DNA of 64,000 nucleotides from an uncultured Gaiellaceae bacterium (GCA_963847255.1 CAWJYW010000021.1:90319-154318), one strand, 5' to 3'; positions 1 through 11,876 are shown, numbered from the stretch's first letter. Numbers and translations are program-made. The notes: generated by a model not told the origin, from the letters alone.

Positions 1-255
1 GCGCGTCGGGCCGCTCGCGGCCGAGGACGTCGGTGACGCCCTCGAGGTCGAGCGGCTCGAGATAGGTCGCGTCGGCGAAGCCCGGGTCGGTCATGATCGT
101 CGCCGGGTTGGAGTTGACGACGATCGTGCGGAAGCCGTCCTCGCGCAGCACCTTCAGCGCCTGGCAGCCCGCGTAGTCGAACTCGCAGGCCTGGCCGATC
201 ACGATCGGGCCGGAGCCGATCAGGCAGATCGACCTGATGTCTGTCCTACGCGGCA
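1..255 (-). CDS. carB: carbamoyl-phosphate synthase large subunit, N-terminal fragment (continues beyond window start)
   Basis: The reverse translation [60 protein letters not shown] matches the conserved CarB N-terminus. The ATG at 253-255 overlaps the carA stop. Confidence 0.85.
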
Positions 256-1287
256 TCTCGCACCTCCTCGCACCCAGCGCTCGAGGATCGGCCAGGCGTC
301 GTGCGGGCCCGGGCCGGCTTCGGGATGGAACTGCACCGACCGTGCGCGCAGCTCCGGGAAGTCGAAGCCCTCGACGGTGCCGTCGTAGAGCGAGACGTAC
401 GTGGCCTCGGCGTCGTCGGACGGCGCGACCGCGAAGCCGTGGTTCTGGCTGGTCACGAGCACGCGGCCGGTCGACCGCTCGAGCACGGGGTGATTGGCGC
501 CGCGGTGACCGAAGCGGAGCTTGTACGTCTCGTGGCCGGTCGCGAGCCCGAGCAGCTGATGGCCGAGGCAGATGCCGAGAATCGGCACCCGGCCGAGCAG
601 ATCGCGGACGACCTGGACCTCGTAGCCGAGAGGCTCGGGGTCACCGGGGCCGTTCGACAGGAGCACGGCGTCGTAGCGGGCGAGCTCGCCGGCGTCGACG
701 GTGTGCGGGAAGACGGTCACGCAGCGCGCCCGCGCCGGCGAGCCGCCGCAGAATCGAGCGCTTGCAGCCGTAGTCGACGACGGCGACCCGGATCGTGCCC
801 GCGTCGCAGTAGACGTACGGCTCGCGGCGTCGAGACCTGGGCGACGAGCGCAGCGCCCTCCATCGACGGCCGGGCGCGAACGGCCTCCAGCGCCTCGGCC
901 TCCGTCGAGCGTGCCGGCGACGGCGGCCGCGCGCATCGCGCCGCCCTCGCGCAGGCGGAGGACGAGCGAGCGCGTGTCGATGCCGGTGAGCCCGACGATC
1001 CCGCGTTCCTCGAGCCAGTCCGTCCACTCCGGCCCGCGCGCCTCGCGCATCAGCACCGCGTTCGCGTGCGCGCCGGGCGACTCGGCCCTGCCGGCCGCGA
1101 CGCCGTAGTTGCCGACCATCGGCGCCGTGAAGCAGACGAGCTGCTCGGCGAAGCTGGGGTCGGTGACGGTCTCCTGGTAGCCGGTCATCGCGGTCGTGAA
1201 GACGGCCTCGCCGAAGGCGACGCCGGGCGCGCCGACCGATCGGCCGCGAAAGATCGTGCCGTCCTCGAGCGCGACGAAGGCGCTCAT
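220..1287 (-). CDS. carA: carbamoyl-phosphate synthase small subunit (glutamine amidotransferase); at least 2 internal frameshifts
   Basis: The N-terminus [39 protein letters not shown], the middle [33 protein letters not shown] and the C-terminus SNGPGDPEP...[13 protein letters not shown] lie in three different frames. The ATGA overlaps the pyrC stop. Confidence 0.8.
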   Translation of the reverse strand: MSAFVALEDGTIFRGRSVGAPGVAFGEAVFTTAMTGYQETVTDPSFAEQLVCFTAPMVGNYGVAAGRAESPGAHANAVLMREARGPEWTDWLEERGIVGLTGIDTRSLVLRLREGGAMRAAAVAGTLDGGRGAGGRSRPAVDGGRCARRPGLDAASRTSTATRARSGSPSSTTAASARFCGGSPARARCVTVFPHTVDAGELARYDAVLLSNGPGDPEPLGYEVQVVRDLLGRVPILGICLGHQLLGLATGHETYKLRFGHRGANHPVLERSTGRVLVTSQNHGFAVAPSDDAEATYVSLYDGTVEGFDFPELRARSVQFHPEAGPGPHDAWPILERWVRGGARCRVGQTSGRSA

Positions 1288-2538
1288 CCGTGCACCACCC
1301 GGCCGTCGGCGATCGTCTTCACGACCGCGCCGCGCAGCCGCTCGCCGAGGAGCCAGGAGTTCGCCGAGCGGGAGCGGAAGCCCCTCTCCTCGACCGTCCA
1401 CTCCGTCTCGAGGTCGAGCAGGACGAGGTTGGCGCGCGCGCCGACCTCGATCCGCGGCTCGGGCAGCCCGAGCGCGCGCGCAGGCCCCGCCGGACATCCG
1501 CTCGAGCAGCGTCTCGAGCGGGACGAGCCCCGGCTCGACGAGGTGGGTGTAGAGCGCCGCGAACGCGGTCTCGAGCCCGGTGACGCCGAACGGCGCCTCC
1601 TCGAACGGCGCCTCCTTCTCCTCGCGCGAGTGCGGCGCGTGGTCGGTGGCCACGCAGGCGATCGTGCCGTCGCGAAGCGCCTCGATCAGCGCCTTGCGGT
1701 CCTCGTCGGCCCGGAGCGGCGGGTTCATCTTCACGTTCGGGTCGAGCGAGCGAACGGCCTCGTCGGTGAGCACGAGGTGGTGCGGCGTCACCTCGGCGGT
1801 GGCGTCGACCCCGCGCGCGTGCGCCGCGCGCAGCGCGTCGACGGACTCCTTCGCGGAGAGGTGCATCAGGTGGAGCGGCCGGTCCTCGTAGCCCGCGAGC
1901 GACAGGTCGCGCTCGACCATCGCGCTCTCCGCGACCGACGGGTACGGGGCGAAGCCGAGCTCGGCGCGAGACCGGGCCTTCGTGCACCTGGCCGTCGCGC
2001 GAGAGGGTCGGCTCCTCGCAGTGGAGCGCGAGCTTCCGGCCGGTGATCGCGCCGTACTGGAGCGCACGGCGCATCAGGCCGGCCGAGATCACCGGCCGGC
2101 CGTCGTCGGTGAACGCGGCGGCACCCGCATCGGCGAGCTCCGCCATCTCCGTCAGCTCCTCGCCGCCGAGCTGCTTCGAGATGGCGGCCATGAAGCCGGT
2201 CGGGACGAGCGCCTCACGGCGTGCCGCCTCGACGAGCGAGCCGAGCACGGCGGCCGAGTCGACGACGGGGTCGGTGTTCGGCATCGCGAGAATCGCGCAG
2301 TAGCCGCCCGCAGCCGCCGCCGCGGTGCCGCTCGCGATCGTCTCCTCGTCCTCGCGTCCGGGCGAGCGCAGGTGCACGTGCGGGTCGACGAAGGCCGGAG
2401 CGAGGACGCGCCAGGTTCCTGCCGCCGGCTCGATCCGCGCGATGACGCCGTCCACGACCGTGACGGCGACGCACTCGCCACCGGCGAGCCGCCCTTCGAG
2501 CGTGAGGCTGTCGGAGCGTCCGTTCTTGCAGAAGAGCG

Positions 2539-2542
<4 letters not shown>
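1284..2542 (-). CDS. pyrC: dihydroorotase; 2 frameshifts
   Basis: The N-terminus reads FVDPHVHLRSPGREDEETIASGTAAAAAGGY...AMPNTDP. The C-terminus reads TDHAPHSREEKEAPFEEAPFGVTGLETAF, then LLERMS(A)GPARALGLPEPRIEVGARANLVLLD in a shifted frame. Confidence 0.85.
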
Positions 2543-4064
<1,522 letters not shown>

Positions 4065-4070
4065 TCCGCT

Positions 4071-4101
4071 CCTTTCCGGCCTCGCAGGACCGGGTTAAAG
4101 G
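4071..4101 (-). promoter_or_regulatory. PyrR-binding RNA hairpin overlapping the pyrR RBS (translational attenuator)
   Basis: The minus-strand sequence is CCUUUAACCCGGUCCUGCGAGGCCGGAAAGGAGCGGAAUG. The loop GGUCCUGCGAGGCC matches the PyrR recognition consensus RUCCNGNGAGGY. The RBS GGAAAGGAG forms the 3' arm of the stem, immediately before the ATG at 4064. Confidence 0.6.
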
Positions 4102-4212
4102 GTCGGGCGGCAGTGTAGACGCTCGCGAAGGACGGCGTCGGCCGGCGGCGAGAACGATCTTCCCGCTCCGTGCGTATGTTTTCGAAACTGGCGCGACGCA
4201 ACACTGACGGGT

Positions 4213-6230
4213 ATGTCGGCCCCCCGCCACGCCGCCCCGATCGCACTCGTTCTGCTCACCGCGGTGTCCGCCGGGCGTTCGCTTCTGGGCGGCTCGGGCT
4301 TTGACGTCCCGTGGATCGCGCCCGACGAGACGATCTACGCCCTGCTGGGCCGATCGCTCTGGGAGGACGGCTCGCCCTCGCTCCTCGGGCACCGCGCCGG
4401 CAACTACTCCCTCGTCTACCCCGCCCTGATCGGCCTGCCGCTGACGTTCGGGGACCTGGACAGCAGGCGTCACCGCCGTGCAGGCTCTCGGCGCGCTCCT
4501 GATGTCGGCCACCGCTCTCGTCGTGTACCTGTGGGGACGCGGGCCGCTCGGGGAGTGGTGGGCGGTCGCCGCGGCGGGGCTGACTCTCGCCGTCCCGGAC
4601 CTCGCGTACTCGGGCCTCGTCATGAGCGAGGTCGCGATCTATCCGGTCGCGACGCTGGCGCTGTGGGCGATCGCGTCGGCGCTCGCGCGGCCCTCACCCG
4701 TGCGACAGGCTCTCGTCGCGGCGCGCGATCGTGCTCGCGCTGGCGACGCACGTCCGGCTGGTCGCGCTCATCCCGACGCTGTTCGTCGCCGTCGCGCTCC
4801 AGTGCGGCTTCGCGCGGTCGCTCGAGCCGGCACGACGCCAGGCCGTCCTCCTCGGCAGGCGTCGCGGGCGTGTGCGCCGTCACGCTCGTGGGCTACGCGG
4901 TCGCCGGGCGCTGGAACGACGTCTTCGGCGCGTACGCCGCGGCCGCCGGCGGCTACGAGCTCGGCGCGGTGGCGACGGACGTGTTCTGGCACTTCGCGCG
5001 GCGTCTTCATCCTCGTCGCCGGCATTCCGCTCGTCGCGCTCGCCGCGATGACGATCGAGTGCGTCCGCCGGGCGAGTGCGCGACCCGGCCGCCTGCGCGC
5101 TCGTCGCGACCACGCTCGCCTGGACGCTGTGCCTCGCGCTCGAGGTCGGAACGTTCGCCTCGCGCTGGGTCGGCCACGTCACGCTGCGCGACCTGCAGCC
5201 GGTCGTGCCGCCGCTGATGCTCGTGTTCGCGCTCTGGATCGCACGCGGTGCGCCACGACCGCGCCCGTGGATCCAGCTCGCCGCGCTCGCGATCGCCGTT
5301 CCCGGCCGTGCTCCTGCCGGTGGGCCGATTCGCCGTCCAGGAGTCGGCGCTGGACGCGTTCAGCCTGATCCCGCTGTGGCGGCTCGCCGAGGCGACCTCG
5401 ACCAAGGACCCTGGAGCTCGTCTACCCGCTCGCGGTCGGCGCGCTCGTCGCTCTCGCGGTTTTCCTCCCGAGCCGGATGCGCGTCGCGCTGCCCGTCGTC
5501 GTCGCGCTCACGCTCGTCACGCTCTCGGTCCTCTCGACGAGGCAGATCGAGCGGCTGACGCAACTCGACCGCGTCTGGGTCTTCGACACCGGCGACCCTC
5601 GCTGGATCGACCGCGGCCGCAGACGGGCCGGTCACGTACCTGCACGCAAGCGCGTTCTCCGGCCGGAGTCTGGAAGCACGTCTTCTGGAACCGCCGCATC
5701 GACACGGTCGCGCGACCTGAAGGGCGTCGGCGGCGCTCGACCCGCTCGTTCCGGTGAACGTGGAGCTGCAGCCGGACGGCCTGCTCCGCGCGGTGGACGG
5801 ACGCGCCTTCCAGCCCGCGCTCGTCGCCGCTCCGACGGACTTCGAGCTTGCGGGAGAGCGGATCGCGCAGGCTCCGCGCTCGACGGACCTCGCCGGGCTC
5901 ACGCTCTGGCGCGTCGAACGGCCGCTCCGCCTCCGTCACCGTCGCGGACGGGTGTCCAGCCGAACGGGGACGTCGTCGGGACTGCGCAGATCACGGTGTA
6001 CGCCTGCGGCCCCGGCCGTCTGGAGCTGACGCTGCTCGGCAAGCAGGGAACGCCGATCGAGCTCAGGGTGAACGGGATCACCTGGGCGCGGCCGCGCGTT
6101 GCTGCCGGGCACCGTCTGGAACGGGAGCGTTCCCTCACCGCCGGACGCCGACGGCCGGTCGCTCTGCATCTTCGAGCTCGTGAGCCCCGGCCTCGTCGGC
6201 TCGACCCGGCTCGAGTTCGTCCGCGAGTAG
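4213..6230 (+). CDS. integral membrane GT-C-type glycosyltransferase-like protein (ArnT/PMT-like), multiple frameshifts
   Basis: Hydrophobic TM segments are spread over about 6 ORF fragments in alternating frames (4213, 4478, 4731, 5076, 5248, 5477 and 5754). The N-terminus has PWIAPDETIYALLGRSL, a DE motif in the first loop as in GT-C enzymes. The C-terminal soluble part reads NVELQPDGLLRAVDG...ITVYACGPGRLELTLLGKQGTPIELRVNG. Confidence 0.4.
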
Positions 6231-6440
6231 CGGCTTACGAGCTCCGCGATCAGCTCGTCGGGCTCGGTCGGCGGCTCGATCGACGTCCTGCGCCGCCTCG
6301 ACGGCCGCCTCGGGCACGAACACCTTCAGCGAGCCGGAGTCGTCGTCGGACTGCACCGCCGACTCGATCCCCGCGTCGTCGAGCAGCGCCTGGATCTCCT
6401 CGGCCTCGGTGGCGTCCTCGGCCAGCGCGATCTGCACCAT
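6135..6440 (-). CDS. small hypothetical protein (DUF2007-like, signal-transducing-like fold); 3' end uncertain
   Basis: It reads MVQIALAEDATEAEEIQALLDDAGIESAVQSDDDSGSLKVFVPEAAVEAAQDV. The remainder of the ORF is a low-complexity read-through. Confidence 0.35.
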   Translation of the reverse strand: MVQIALAEDATEAEEIQALLDDAGIESAVQSDDDSGSLKVFVPEAAVEAAQDVDRAADRARRADRGARKPLLADELEPGRADEAGAHELEDAERPAVGVRR

Positions 6441-6446
6441 GGTCGC

Positions 6447-7426
6447 TCATGCGCTGGAGGGTACTTCAGCTCGCGGCAGGCGCGCGCCGCTCTTCACCAG
6501 CTCGGGACCACCCCGTTCCTCGAACGGGATGTCGATCAGGTCGAAATCGCGGGGAACGACCGTCGCCGGGAAGACGGTCCGAGCCTCTCGCTCGACGTCC
6601 CCGGCGCCGTAGCGGCTCGAGAGGTGCGTCAGCGCGAGCAGCGAGACGCCGGCGTCGCGTGCGATTCGGGCCGCCTCGAGCGCGGTCGAGTGCTCCGTCT
6701 CCCGCGCACGCTCGGCTTCCTCCTCGCAGAACGTCGCCTCGTGCACGAGCAGGTCGGCTCCGAGCGCTGCCTCGACGACACCGTCGGAGGGCGCGGTGTC
6801 GCCCGTGAGCACGAGCTTCCGGCCGGGTCGGGCCTCACCGAGCACCTGCTCCGGCGTCACGACGCGGCCGTCGGGAAGCGTCACCGGCGCGCCGGCCTGA
6901 AGCGCGCCGCGCTCGGGCCCGAACGGGACGCCGAGCGCGTCGGCGGCGGCGACGTCGAATCGTCCGGGCCGCTCGTCCTCGACGAGCGCGTAGCCGAGCG
7001 CGTCGCGCCCGTGGCGGACGGCGAAGGTCCGGAGCTCGTAGCCGTCGCGCGGCAGCACCGCTCCCGTCGGCGAGCTCGACCACGGCCACCTCGTAGCTCA
7101 GGCGCCCGAAGATGCCGCGACAGCGACGGAGCAGCGTCGTCGAGCCCCCGTGGCCCGTACAGGGTCAGCGGCACTTCGCGGCCGCGGAGGGCGAACGACT
7201 TCAGCATCCCCGGCAGGCCGAGGAAGTGGTCGGCGTGGAAGTGCGTCAGGAAGATCTCGTGCAGCTCGACCAGGCCGACGTCCGAGCGCAGGAGCTGCCG
7301 CTGCGTGCCCTCGCCGCAGTCGAAGAGCAGCTTCTCGCCACCGCGCCGGACGAGCGTGGCGGAAGGAGCGCGGCGAGCGGTCGGCATCGAGCCGGCCGTG
7401 CCGAGGAAGACGACGTCGAGGTCCAC
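6447..7426 (-). CDS. rnz: ribonuclease Z (tRNA 3' processing), frameshift near 7070
   Basis: The N-terminus reads MDLDVVFLGTAGSMPTARRAPSATLVRRGGEKLLFDCGEGTQRQL...FLTHFHADHFLGLPGMLKSF. The C-terminus reads LLVHEATFCEEEAERARETEHSTALEAARIARDAGVSLLALTHLSSRY. Confidence 0.85.
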
Positions 7427-7449
7427 GCCGCCAGTCTAGGAGCGTTGCT

Positions 7450-7686
7450 CTACGGCAGGACGAGCACTTGCCCGGGAACGAGCACCGTTCCCTCGAGCTC
7501 GTTCCGCCCCTGGATCTCCCAGACCCCTTCGCGCGGATCCGAGTACCCGCGCGCCGCGATCGACCAGAGCGTGTCGTGCGGCTGCACGACGTAGTGCCGC
7601 TCCGGCCCGGACGCATCGGAGGAACGGGCGAACGCAGCCCAGAGAACGACGCCTAGCGCGACCACGATGATGAGTCGACCGAACAT
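7450..7686 (-). CDS. small membrane-anchored LysM domain protein (YneA/ChiZ-like candidate SOS cell-division inhibitor)
   Basis: It reads MFGRLIIVVALGVVLWAAF(TM)...HYVVQPHDTLWSIAARGY...GQVLVLP, which is a LysM domain. An alternative GTG start lies at 7710. Two LexA boxes overlap the start region. Confidence 0.6.
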   Translation of the reverse strand: MFGRLIIVVALGVVLWAAFARSSDASGPERHYVVQPHDTLWSIAARGYSDPREGVWEIQGRNELEGTVLVPGQVLVLP

Positions 7687-7692
7687 GTGTTC
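7679..7692. promoter_or_regulatory. LexA/SOS box 1 (Cheo-type CGAACRNRYGTTCG)
   Basis: CGAACATGTGTTCG is a perfect palindromic match to the Gram-positive LexA consensus. It overlaps the ATG of the LysM gene. Confidence 0.6.
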
Positions 7693-7702
7693 GCTATGAT
7701 GC

Positions 7703-7716
7703 ACGAACACGTGTTC
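7703..7716. promoter_or_regulatory. LexA/SOS box 2 (Cheo-type)
   Basis: CGAACACGTGTTCG lies 24 bp upstream of box 1 as a tandem copy. Confidence 0.6.
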
Positions 7717-7831
7717 GCTGTCAAGTCCCTGCTGTCAAATCCCTAGAGTTCGCCGCGTGACTCTCTGGCGTCGGATCAAGGACTTCGCCTGGCGCGTGCT
7801 GCTTCGGCGCACCTCGATGCACGACTGACGC

Positions 7832-7942
7832 TTAGACGAGGATCGCGACGATCGCGACGAAGACGATCAGCATCGCCACGACGTCCATCATCGTCAGCGC
7901 CAGTCGACGCGAGACCAACCCGTGCGGGTGGCGAAGGATCAC
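7832..7942 (-). CDS. possible small hydrophobic peptide (19-37 aa)
   Basis: It reads (VILRHPHGLVSRRLALT)MMDVVAMLIVFVAIVAILV*. It is a single TM helix with no homology support. Confidence 0.2.
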   Translation of the reverse strand: MILRHPHGLVSRRLALTMMDVVAMLIVFVAIVAILV

Positions 7943-7980
7943 GTCTGCACTGTGCCCGCTTGCTGCCCACGAGAAACCGG

Positions 7981-8988
7981 CTAGAGCGCGGCGAGAACGG
8001 CGTCGAGCAGGCGATCCGGCCCGAAGCGGACTGGATCGTCGACGACGAGGCCGGTCTCGCCGGCAGCGGCCGCCACCGCGTCGCGCGCCTCGTCCTCGTC
8101 GAGCTCACGGGTGTTGAGCGCGATCGCCGCCACCTTCGCCTTCCGGGCGGGAAGCGAGATCAGCTCGTGCAGGTCGATCAGCTCGGGCAGCGAGCGAAGC
8201 GGATGACCCGGGTAGCCCTCGATCTCCGTCTGCCCGGCGAGGTGGCAGAGCACGAAGGCGTGCGGCGCCGACCCGTGCACCAGCCCGAGCGTCACGCCCG
8301 AGTACGCGGGATGCAGGAGCGCGCCCTGGCCCTCGACCATCAGCAGCTCTCCCCCGCGCTCGTGGCCCTCGACGAGCAGGCGCTCGGTCGCGCCGGCGAT
8401 GAAGTCGGCGATCGACCGCGTCGACGGAGATCCCCCAGCCGGCGATCGCGATTCCCGTCTGTCCGGTCGGCACGAAGCGGGAGGCGAGCCCGCGGGCGCG
8501 CGCCGCGCGGTCGAGCTCGAGCGAGACGGTCATCTTTCCGATCGCGCAGTCTGAGCCCACCGTGAGCACGGTCTTGACCGGCAGCTCCATGTTCGCGCCG
8601 GTCGGGACGTTCAGGTCCGCGGGCGGCCGGCGCAGGTCGCGGAGCTCGACCCCGTGCCGGGCTGCGAGGCCCGTCGAGCTCGTCGTCGTCCGCGAGGAAC
8701 TCGTGCAGGCCGTTCTCCACGTGCAGCCCTTTCGAGATCGCCGTCTTCAGCAGCTCTCGCCAGGCCGGCGGGAAGCGGCCGCCCTGGGTGGCGACGCCGA
8801 CGAGCGCGGTCGTCGGGTTGAAGCAGAGCGCGTCGTTGACCGAGGCGACGACGGGGATGCCGTTCTGGGTCTCGCCCGCGCGGGTCGAGTCGAGGAGCGC
8901 GACGACGGGACGCTCGCCGTAGGCGAGCACGCCGCGGGCGGTCTTCCCGTAGTGCGGGTCGGCCGAGAACCCCTCGGCGAGGATCAAG
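7981..8988 (-). CDS. DUF1611 domain protein (DgcN-like putative N-acetyltransferase), several frameshifts
   Basis: It reads MILAEGFSADPHYGKTARGVLAYGERPVVALLDSTRAGETQNGIPVV...KTVLTVGSDCAIGKMTVSLELD...EIEGYPGHPLRSLPELIDLHELISLPARKAKVAAIALN. It begins 8 bp downstream of the epimerase. Confidence 0.6.
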
Positions 8989-8995
8989 CAGGCGC

Positions 8996-10001
8996 TCAGG
9001 CTGCTGCGACACCGAGACCCGGCCGGTCCGAGGGAACCTGGACGCCGTCGACGAACGCGACCCCGGACCACGGATCGTCGGCGATCAGCAGGTTGCCGTC
9101 GAGGTCGACGTGGTCGCAGAGCGGAGCCACGGCGCAGCCGGCGGCGATTCCGAGCCCCGACTCGATCATGCACCCGAGCATCACACCAAGGCCGAGCGCG
9201 CGGGCCGCGTGCGCCATCCGCACGGCCTCGCGAATGCCACCCGACTTCGCGAGCTTGATGTTGATCCCGTGCGCGATCTCGGCGCAGCCGGCGACGCTGT
9301 CCAGCCGGTGGCAGTCCTCGTCGACGTAGATCGGGATCGGCGAGCGCTCCTTCAGCGTCGCGCCGCCCTCGTCGCCGGCCTTCAGCGGCTGCTCGCAGTA
9401 CGCGACGCCGAGCGCCGCCAGCTGCGGCAGCGCGTCGAGCGCCTCGTCGAGCGACCACCACTCGTTCACGTCGACCTGCAGCGGCAGCTCGGTGACGGCG
9501 CGAACGGCGCGGACGCGCTCGACATCGAGGCCGTCGGCGCCACCGAGCTTCAGCTTCAACCGCTTGAAGCGGGCTGTGGCTTTCTCGGCTCGCCGCGCCA
9601 TGTCGTCTGGATCGCCCAGCCAGACGGTCCACGAGGTCGGAGGCCCGGTGCGCGGCAGGCCGAGGAGCTGCCAGGCCGGCAGGCCGAGCGAGCTTCCCCT
9701 GGAGGTCGTGGAGCGCCCCGTCGAGAGCGGCGCGCGCGGCGTTCTCGCCGGGCGGCAGCCGGGCCTCGATCTCCTCGAGCGCGAACGGGTCGTCGCCGAG
9801 CAGCGGAGCCGCTGCCTCCAGGTACGCGAGCGCCGACTCGACCGACTCGTCGTACCGCTCGATCGGCGCCCCCTCGCCGAAGCCGGAGAGCTCTCCGTGC
9901 CGCAGCTCGACCTGGACGACGTCCTCTTCGTCGCTCGACTCGCGCGCGATCACGAACGTCTCGGCCAGCTTCAACGTGACGGTCCGGGCGGTCAGCTCCA
10001 C
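8996..10001 (-). CDS. enolase-superfamily dipeptide epimerase (L-Ala-D/L-Glu epimerase-like, DgcA-like), frameshift
   Basis: The N-terminus reads MELTARTVTLKLAETFVIARESSDEEDVVQVELRHGELSGFGEGAP. The C-terminus reads KLKLGGADGLDVERVRAVR...IYVDEDCHRLDSVAGCAEIAHGINIKLAKSGGIREAV...GCMIESGLGIAAGCAVAPLCDHVDLDGNLL. Confidence 0.75.
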
Positions 10002-10034
10002 GCGCGCAACACTAACCCCGCCTTCATGCGATGG

Positions 10035-10574
10035 TCAGGACGGCTCTCGCAGCGGGTCGCTGCCGTCCCACTCCACGCTGGCGTCGTGGATCATCGCGAA
10101 GAAGTCACGAAGCCCCTGGCTGTCGGCGTGGAGCTCCACGTGGTGGCCGGTCGCGCGCGCCGTCTCGTGGTAGGTCAAGTCGATGTCGCCCGACGTTGCA
10201 TGCAGGAACGCGGGGAGCCCACGCCGCTCGAGATCCTCGCGCGCCTCCGCGAGACGGTCCGGCGCCACCACGTACGCCGTGTGGTGCAGGTTCGGCGGCG
10301 ACTGCGAGAAGCCCTCGCGGACGCGCTCCGGCTCCAGCCGCTTGAGCTGCAGGACCTCGATCGGCATTGCGCCGCACTGCCCGAACGCGCTGTCGTGGTG
10401 GAACGTAGCCGCCTCGCCCCGTGAGGTCACCTGCTCGAAGGAGACGTCGCGCAGCACGAGGAAGGGGCCGGCGCCGAGCTCACTGACCAGACGCTCGACC
10501 GTCGCCTCGATGTCCTCGACGACGTAGCCCAGGTGATGAATCGGACCGTGGAAGGGGTGATCGGCAAGGGACAC
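10035..10574 (-). CDS. VOC family protein (glyoxalase/bleomycin-resistance/dioxygenase fold)
   Basis: The 179 aa intact ORF has HHLGYVVEDIEATVERL and HHTAYVV, i.e. tandem VOC half-domains. Confidence 0.55.
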   Translation of the reverse strand: MSLADHPFHGPIHHLGYVVEDIEATVERLVSELGAGPFLVLRDVSFEQVTSRGEAATFHHDSAFGQCGAMPIEVLQLKRLEPERVREGFSQSPPNLHHTAYVVAPDRLAEAREDLERRGLPAFLHATSGDIDLTYHETARATGHHVELHADSQGLRDFFAMIHDASVEWDGSDPLREPS

Positions 10575-10684
10575 GGTCGCTCTTCAGCTCCTGGGGGTGA
10601 CGGGCTCCGCGCCGTCGATGATGCCAAAGCAGCGCCTGGAAGTGCAGCAGATCGATCTCACGGTGCAGCCACCAACGTGATCAG

Positions 10685-10757
<73 letters not shown>

Positions 10758-10769
10758 CCCGGAGCGGCC

Positions 10770-11796
10770 AGTGTACCGCCGCTCTGCGCGCCGCAAGATC
10801 GACGCACGACGAGCTCGACCGGCAGAACGAGGGCCGGCGGCGGCGCGGCCTCCGACTCGATCATCCCGACGAGCGCCGTCGCGGCGGCTGCGCCGATCCC
10901 GAGCTTGTCCTGCCTCACGGTCGTGAGCGGCGGATCGGCGTGCTCTGCGAGCGGTGCGTCGTCGAAGCCGACGACCGCGACGTCGCCCGGAACCGAGAGA
11001 CCGAGCTCCCGGGCGGCGCGGATGACGCCGAGCGCCATCATGTCGCTGGCCGCGAACACCGCGGTCGGGCCGTCGGGTGCGGCAAGCAGGGCGCGACCCT
11101 CCCGGTAGCCGCTTTCGACGTAGAAGTCGCCTTCGCGGAGGTCGTCCTCGCGCTCGACGATGCCGAGAGCGGCGAGCTCGTCGCGATACCCCTGAAGCCG
11201 GTCCCCACCGGGCGGGAGCTGTGGCGGCCCGGTGACGGTGGCAATCCGCCGGTGCCCGAGCCCGTACAGGTGACGGACTGCGAGCCTCGCACCGGCGACG
11301 TTGTCCGACGTGACGTAGCCCACCCGTTGGCCGGTGACGTCGAGGTCGACTGCGACAGCCGGGACGCGGCGCTCGAGCAGTCGAGCGAGCTCCGGCTCAC
11401 GGCGGTCGACGCCCATCAGGATCAGGCCGTCGACCCGGTGGTGGAGCGCGCGCCGGAGAAATTCCTTCGGCCGATAGGCGGCGAAGACGAGCAGGTCGTA
11501 GCCGAGCTCGCCCGCGGCGTGCTTCAGGCCCGTCAGCACGTCCTGGAAGAACGGGTGGCCGATGTCGGGATGGTCGGCGCCCGTGTTCAGCACGATCCCC
11601 AGAATCTGGGAGCGGCGGGTGACGAGCGTGCGCGCGGCCGCACTGGGGACGTACTCGAGCGCGGCCGCCTGCGCGAGCACGCGTTCACGTGCCTCGTCGC
11701 TCACCTTCGCCGTCCCGTTGAGAACGCGCGAGACGGTCGCAATGGACACGCCGCTTCGTCGCGCTACCTCGCGGATGTCCGCGATCTGCCCACCTC
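10770..11796 (-). CDS. LacI family transcriptional regulator (start and 3' end approximate)
   Basis: It has the HTH ADIREVARRSGVSIATVSRVLNG, followed by a periplasmic-binding-protein-like sugar-binding domain (VAVVGFDDAPLAEHADPPLTTVRQD). The called ORF end overlaps the tRNA by 10 nt, so the C-terminus is probably frameshifted. Confidence 0.8.
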
Positions 11797-11876
11797 CTCC
11801 GTGGCGCCCGATTGTAGAGCGGGCCTCGGGCGGGGCGGCTCTCGCCGTCCCGCCCGAGGAGTCCTGCGAACGTCGA

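Noticed and set aside
220-2067. 615-aa ORF (and antisense 581-aa ORF 301..2046) spanning carA and pyrC
   Set aside because: This is an artefact of 70% GC content plus frameshifts. Its segments are recognisable pieces of pyrC and carA in one reading frame joined by non-homologous read-through. The antisense ORF has no similarity and low complexity (R/A/G-rich).
7832-7942. Small hydrophobic ORF upstream of the SOS LysM gene as a possible TisB-like SOS toxin
   Set aside because: It lies upstream of, not downstream of, the LexA boxes. It has no recognisable RBS or homology and could arise by chance in any frame. It is kept only as a low-confidence feature.
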